Origin: an uncultured Hyphomicrobiales bacterium
GTDB lineage: Bacteria; Bacteroidota; Ignavibacteria; Kapaibacteriales; UBA2268
Direction: 5' to 3'
Assembly: GCA_964542835.1 (NCBI GenBank)
Contig: CAZIXJ010000002.1
Coordinates: 1 to 26,983, forward strand
Length of the DNA stretch: 26,983 nt
Shown here: positions 25,045 through 26,983 of the stretch, one piece after another
Layout: each line of letters begins with the position of its first letter
How positions within the stretch are numbered: position 1 is the first letter of the stretch
Notes under the pieces: generated by a model
Seen by the model: only the letters and a program-made list of their open reading frames with translations
Database searches by the model: none
Told to the model about the DNA's origin: nothing
Translations under genes and position numbers: made by a program

Positions 25045-25895
25045 TATTTCTTCATCAGTAGTTTGAGTTCATCTTTCATTTTTTCTATCAGTTTCATCCT
25101 TTCAGGGTCAGGCAAATGTTTTATTACAAACACTTCCTGCAAACCCTTGAAATCTACATATGGCTTCACTGTAATATCATAAAAAAGTGAAGTAGCATCT
25201 TCTTTTACTTCAATAATTTCTCCTATCGGTACATCGGGAGGATATTTATTCCCGTAATTGGAAGTGAGTACGATATCTTCTTTTTTTACGTCGTAAGTAT
25301 TGGGGATATTATTAAGTTTGAAATTTTGGTCGCCATTCCACACGATTATTCCGTCAAATCCCGTTCTGAGAATTTTCCCGGCAACTTTTACGTGTCTGTT
25401 GGTAAGTATTTCTGCAAGTGCATAATTTTCGGTAGAATTTACGATTATTCCAGCAAGTCCTGCATCAGTTCTCACGGGCATTCCCGGCAAAATGCTGTCT
25501 TTTTTACCTTTGTTAAGAGTAATATAATTCCTCATTTCAATTACTGATTTTCCTTCTACTTCGCAGCTTACTATGCTAAACTCTGAATTATCTTTAAATT
25601 CGAGCATCTCTCTTAATCTTTCATTTTCAAAAAGTGCATTTCTCATCCTGATTACATCAGCGGAAAGTTCAAGATTCAGATTCCTCAAAGCTCTGTTTTC
25701 GCTTTGAAGTGCGCCCGGGTTCGGTATCCAGGAAAACGCCTTTTGCATTTGCCCGTAAGTGCCTATAAGGAATGTTCTGAATCCACCTATTTTGGAAACA
25801 TCACCGGTAGAAATAAGAAAAAAACTTATAATTACCAGCAGTGTAAAAGTAATGAAAACTCTGTATTTAGAAAAAAATGCCGAAAATTTTTGCAT
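25044..25895 (-). CDS. mreC: Rod shape-determining protein MreC
   Basis: N-terminal TM, coiled coil (ENERLREML), TLNKGKKD, GLAGII, VLTSNYGNKYPPDVPIGEI, VKPYVDF. Confidence 0.95.
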   Translation of the reverse strand: MQKFSAFFSKYRVFITFTLLVIISFFLISTGDVSKIGGFRTFLIGTYGQMQKAFSWIPNPGALQSENRALRNLNLELSADVIRMRNALFENERLREMLEFKDNSEFSIVSCEVEGKSVIEMRNYITLNKGKKDSILPGMPVRTDAGLAGIIVNSTENYALAEILTNRHVKVAGKILRTGFDGIIVWNGDQNFKLNNIPNTYDVKKEDIVLTSNYGNKYPPDVPIGEIIEVKEDATSLFYDITVKPYVDFKGLQEVFVIKHLPDPERMKLIEKMKDELKLLMKK

Positions 25896-25921
25896 TTATC
25901 TGTCCGGGAATTTTCATTATA

Positions 25922-26947
25922 TTAGTATCTTGTGCTTTTAATAAGTACGGATGAGTAGTCGTTAAGATGCTCGAGTACTTTACCGGTACCTCTGGCTACT
26001 GCGGTAAGTGGTTCATCGGCAATATGCACCGGTAATCCTGTTTCCTGTTTTAGTCTTTCATCAAGTCCTTTAAGCAAAGCTCCACCACCCGTAAGCATAA
26101 TACCTCTGTCGTAAATATCAGCGGCAAGCTCAGGCGGAGTGCGTTCGAGAAGTCGGAGTACGGCAGTAACTATATCAGAAACCGATTCGGCAAGAGCTTC
26201 TCTTATGTCGGCAGAACTTACAGTTATCATTTGCGGGATACCTGAGAGGAGGTCTCTGCCGCGAACTTCTATTTCAATTTCTTCTTCGAGAGGCTGAGCA
26301 GAGCCAACCTGACATTTAATTCTTTCGGCGGTTCTGTCCCCGATAAGTATATTGTGAGACCTTCTGAAATATTGCACAATAGATGCAGTCATTTTATCTC
26401 CTGCAGATTTGATAGATTCATCGGTAACAATACCCGAAAGAGCTATAACGGCTATTTCCGTAGTTCCTCCGCCGATATCCACTATCATATTACCAAGAGG
26501 CTCGTGTACATTTAGCCCTATACCAATGGCACTTGCCATAGGCTCGGCTATCAGATGCACTTCTCTTGCGCCGGCATGCTCACAGGCGTCTCTTACGGCA
26601 CGCTTTTCCACTTCGGTAATTCCCGATGGCACGCATACTACCACCCGCCGGGCAGGCTTCCAGGATGTGGAGACTTTTCTGATAAGGGCGCGAAGCATAC
26701 CTTCGCTTATCTCAAAGTCCGCTATTACGCCATCTTTCAATGGACGGATTATTTTTATGTCTTTATGAGTTTTTCCAATCATTGACTGGGCTTCTTTACC
26801 AATAGCTATAATGTGCTTTGTGGAGCTTTCAAAAGCAACTACCGATGGCTCATCAAGCACGAGTCCTTTTCCTTTTAGCCAGATAAGCGTATTTGCAGTT
26901 CCAAGGTCAATAGCCACATCATTTGATAATACTCTGAATAGTGCCAT
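25922..26947 (-). CDS. mreB: Actin-like rod shape-determining protein MreB
   Basis: AIDLGTANT, RPLKDGVIADF, VPSGITEVEKRAV, EPMASAIG, VDIGGGTTE, LTGGGALL, PLTAVARG. Confidence 0.98.
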   Translation of the reverse strand: MALFRVLSNDVAIDLGTANTLIWLKGKGLVLDEPSVVAFESSTKHIIAIGKEAQSMIGKTHKDIKIIRPLKDGVIADFEISEGMLRALIRKVSTSWKPARRVVVCVPSGITEVEKRAVRDACEHAGAREVHLIAEPMASAIGIGLNVHEPLGNMIVDIGGGTTEIAVIALSGIVTDESIKSAGDKMTASIVQYFRRSHNILIGDRTAERIKCQVGSAQPLEEEIEIEVRGRDLLSGIPQMITVSSADIREALAESVSDIVTAVLRLLERTPPELAADIYDRGIMLTGGGALLKGLDERLKQETGLPVHIADEPLTAVARGTGKVLEHLNDYSSVLIKSTRY

Positions 26948-26983
26948 ATTTCGAAAAAATTAAATGTAAAAACTAATTAATAT

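Noticed and set aside
1-26983. tRNA, rRNA, CRISPR array, transposase, integrase or prophage genes
   Set aside because: None recognised; intergenic gaps are short and AT-rich, and all long ORFs have non-mobile assignments.

Overview
AT-rich bacterial chromosomal segment, most likely from the Bacteroidota/Chlorobi/Ignavibacteria/Ca. Kapabacteria supergroup. That placement is inferred from a T9SS type-A C-terminal domain, a BatB-like vWA gene, a Bacteroidetes-type GlnA, YfhO and TAnnTTTG promoter-like motifs. The window holds about 19 protein-coding genes and no rRNA, tRNA, CRISPR array or transposase that I could see. Left to right: MjaI-family restriction endonuclease and an N4/N6 DNA methyltransferase with a degenerate SNase tail, both coupled to a BatB-like vWA gene; cdsA; a 970-aa secreted GLUG-repeat protein; smc; an S8 protease with T9SS CTD; dnaX; bcp; a TatD nuclease fused in frame to a signal peptide and outer-membrane beta-barrel; a DUF218 protein; a small membrane protein; glnA; rhodanese; and an mreB-mreC-mreD-yfhO-GNAT run. 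Three observations stand out. (1) The TatD-signal peptide-OMP fusion has a strong internal Shine-Dalgarno site. (2) dnaX has an A10 run right after the clamp-loader domains, with immediate stops in both shifted frames, a candidate gamma/tau recoding site. (3) The R-M methyltransferase carries a catalytically degenerate nuclease domain. All annotations come from motif recognition by eye; no database searches were run.
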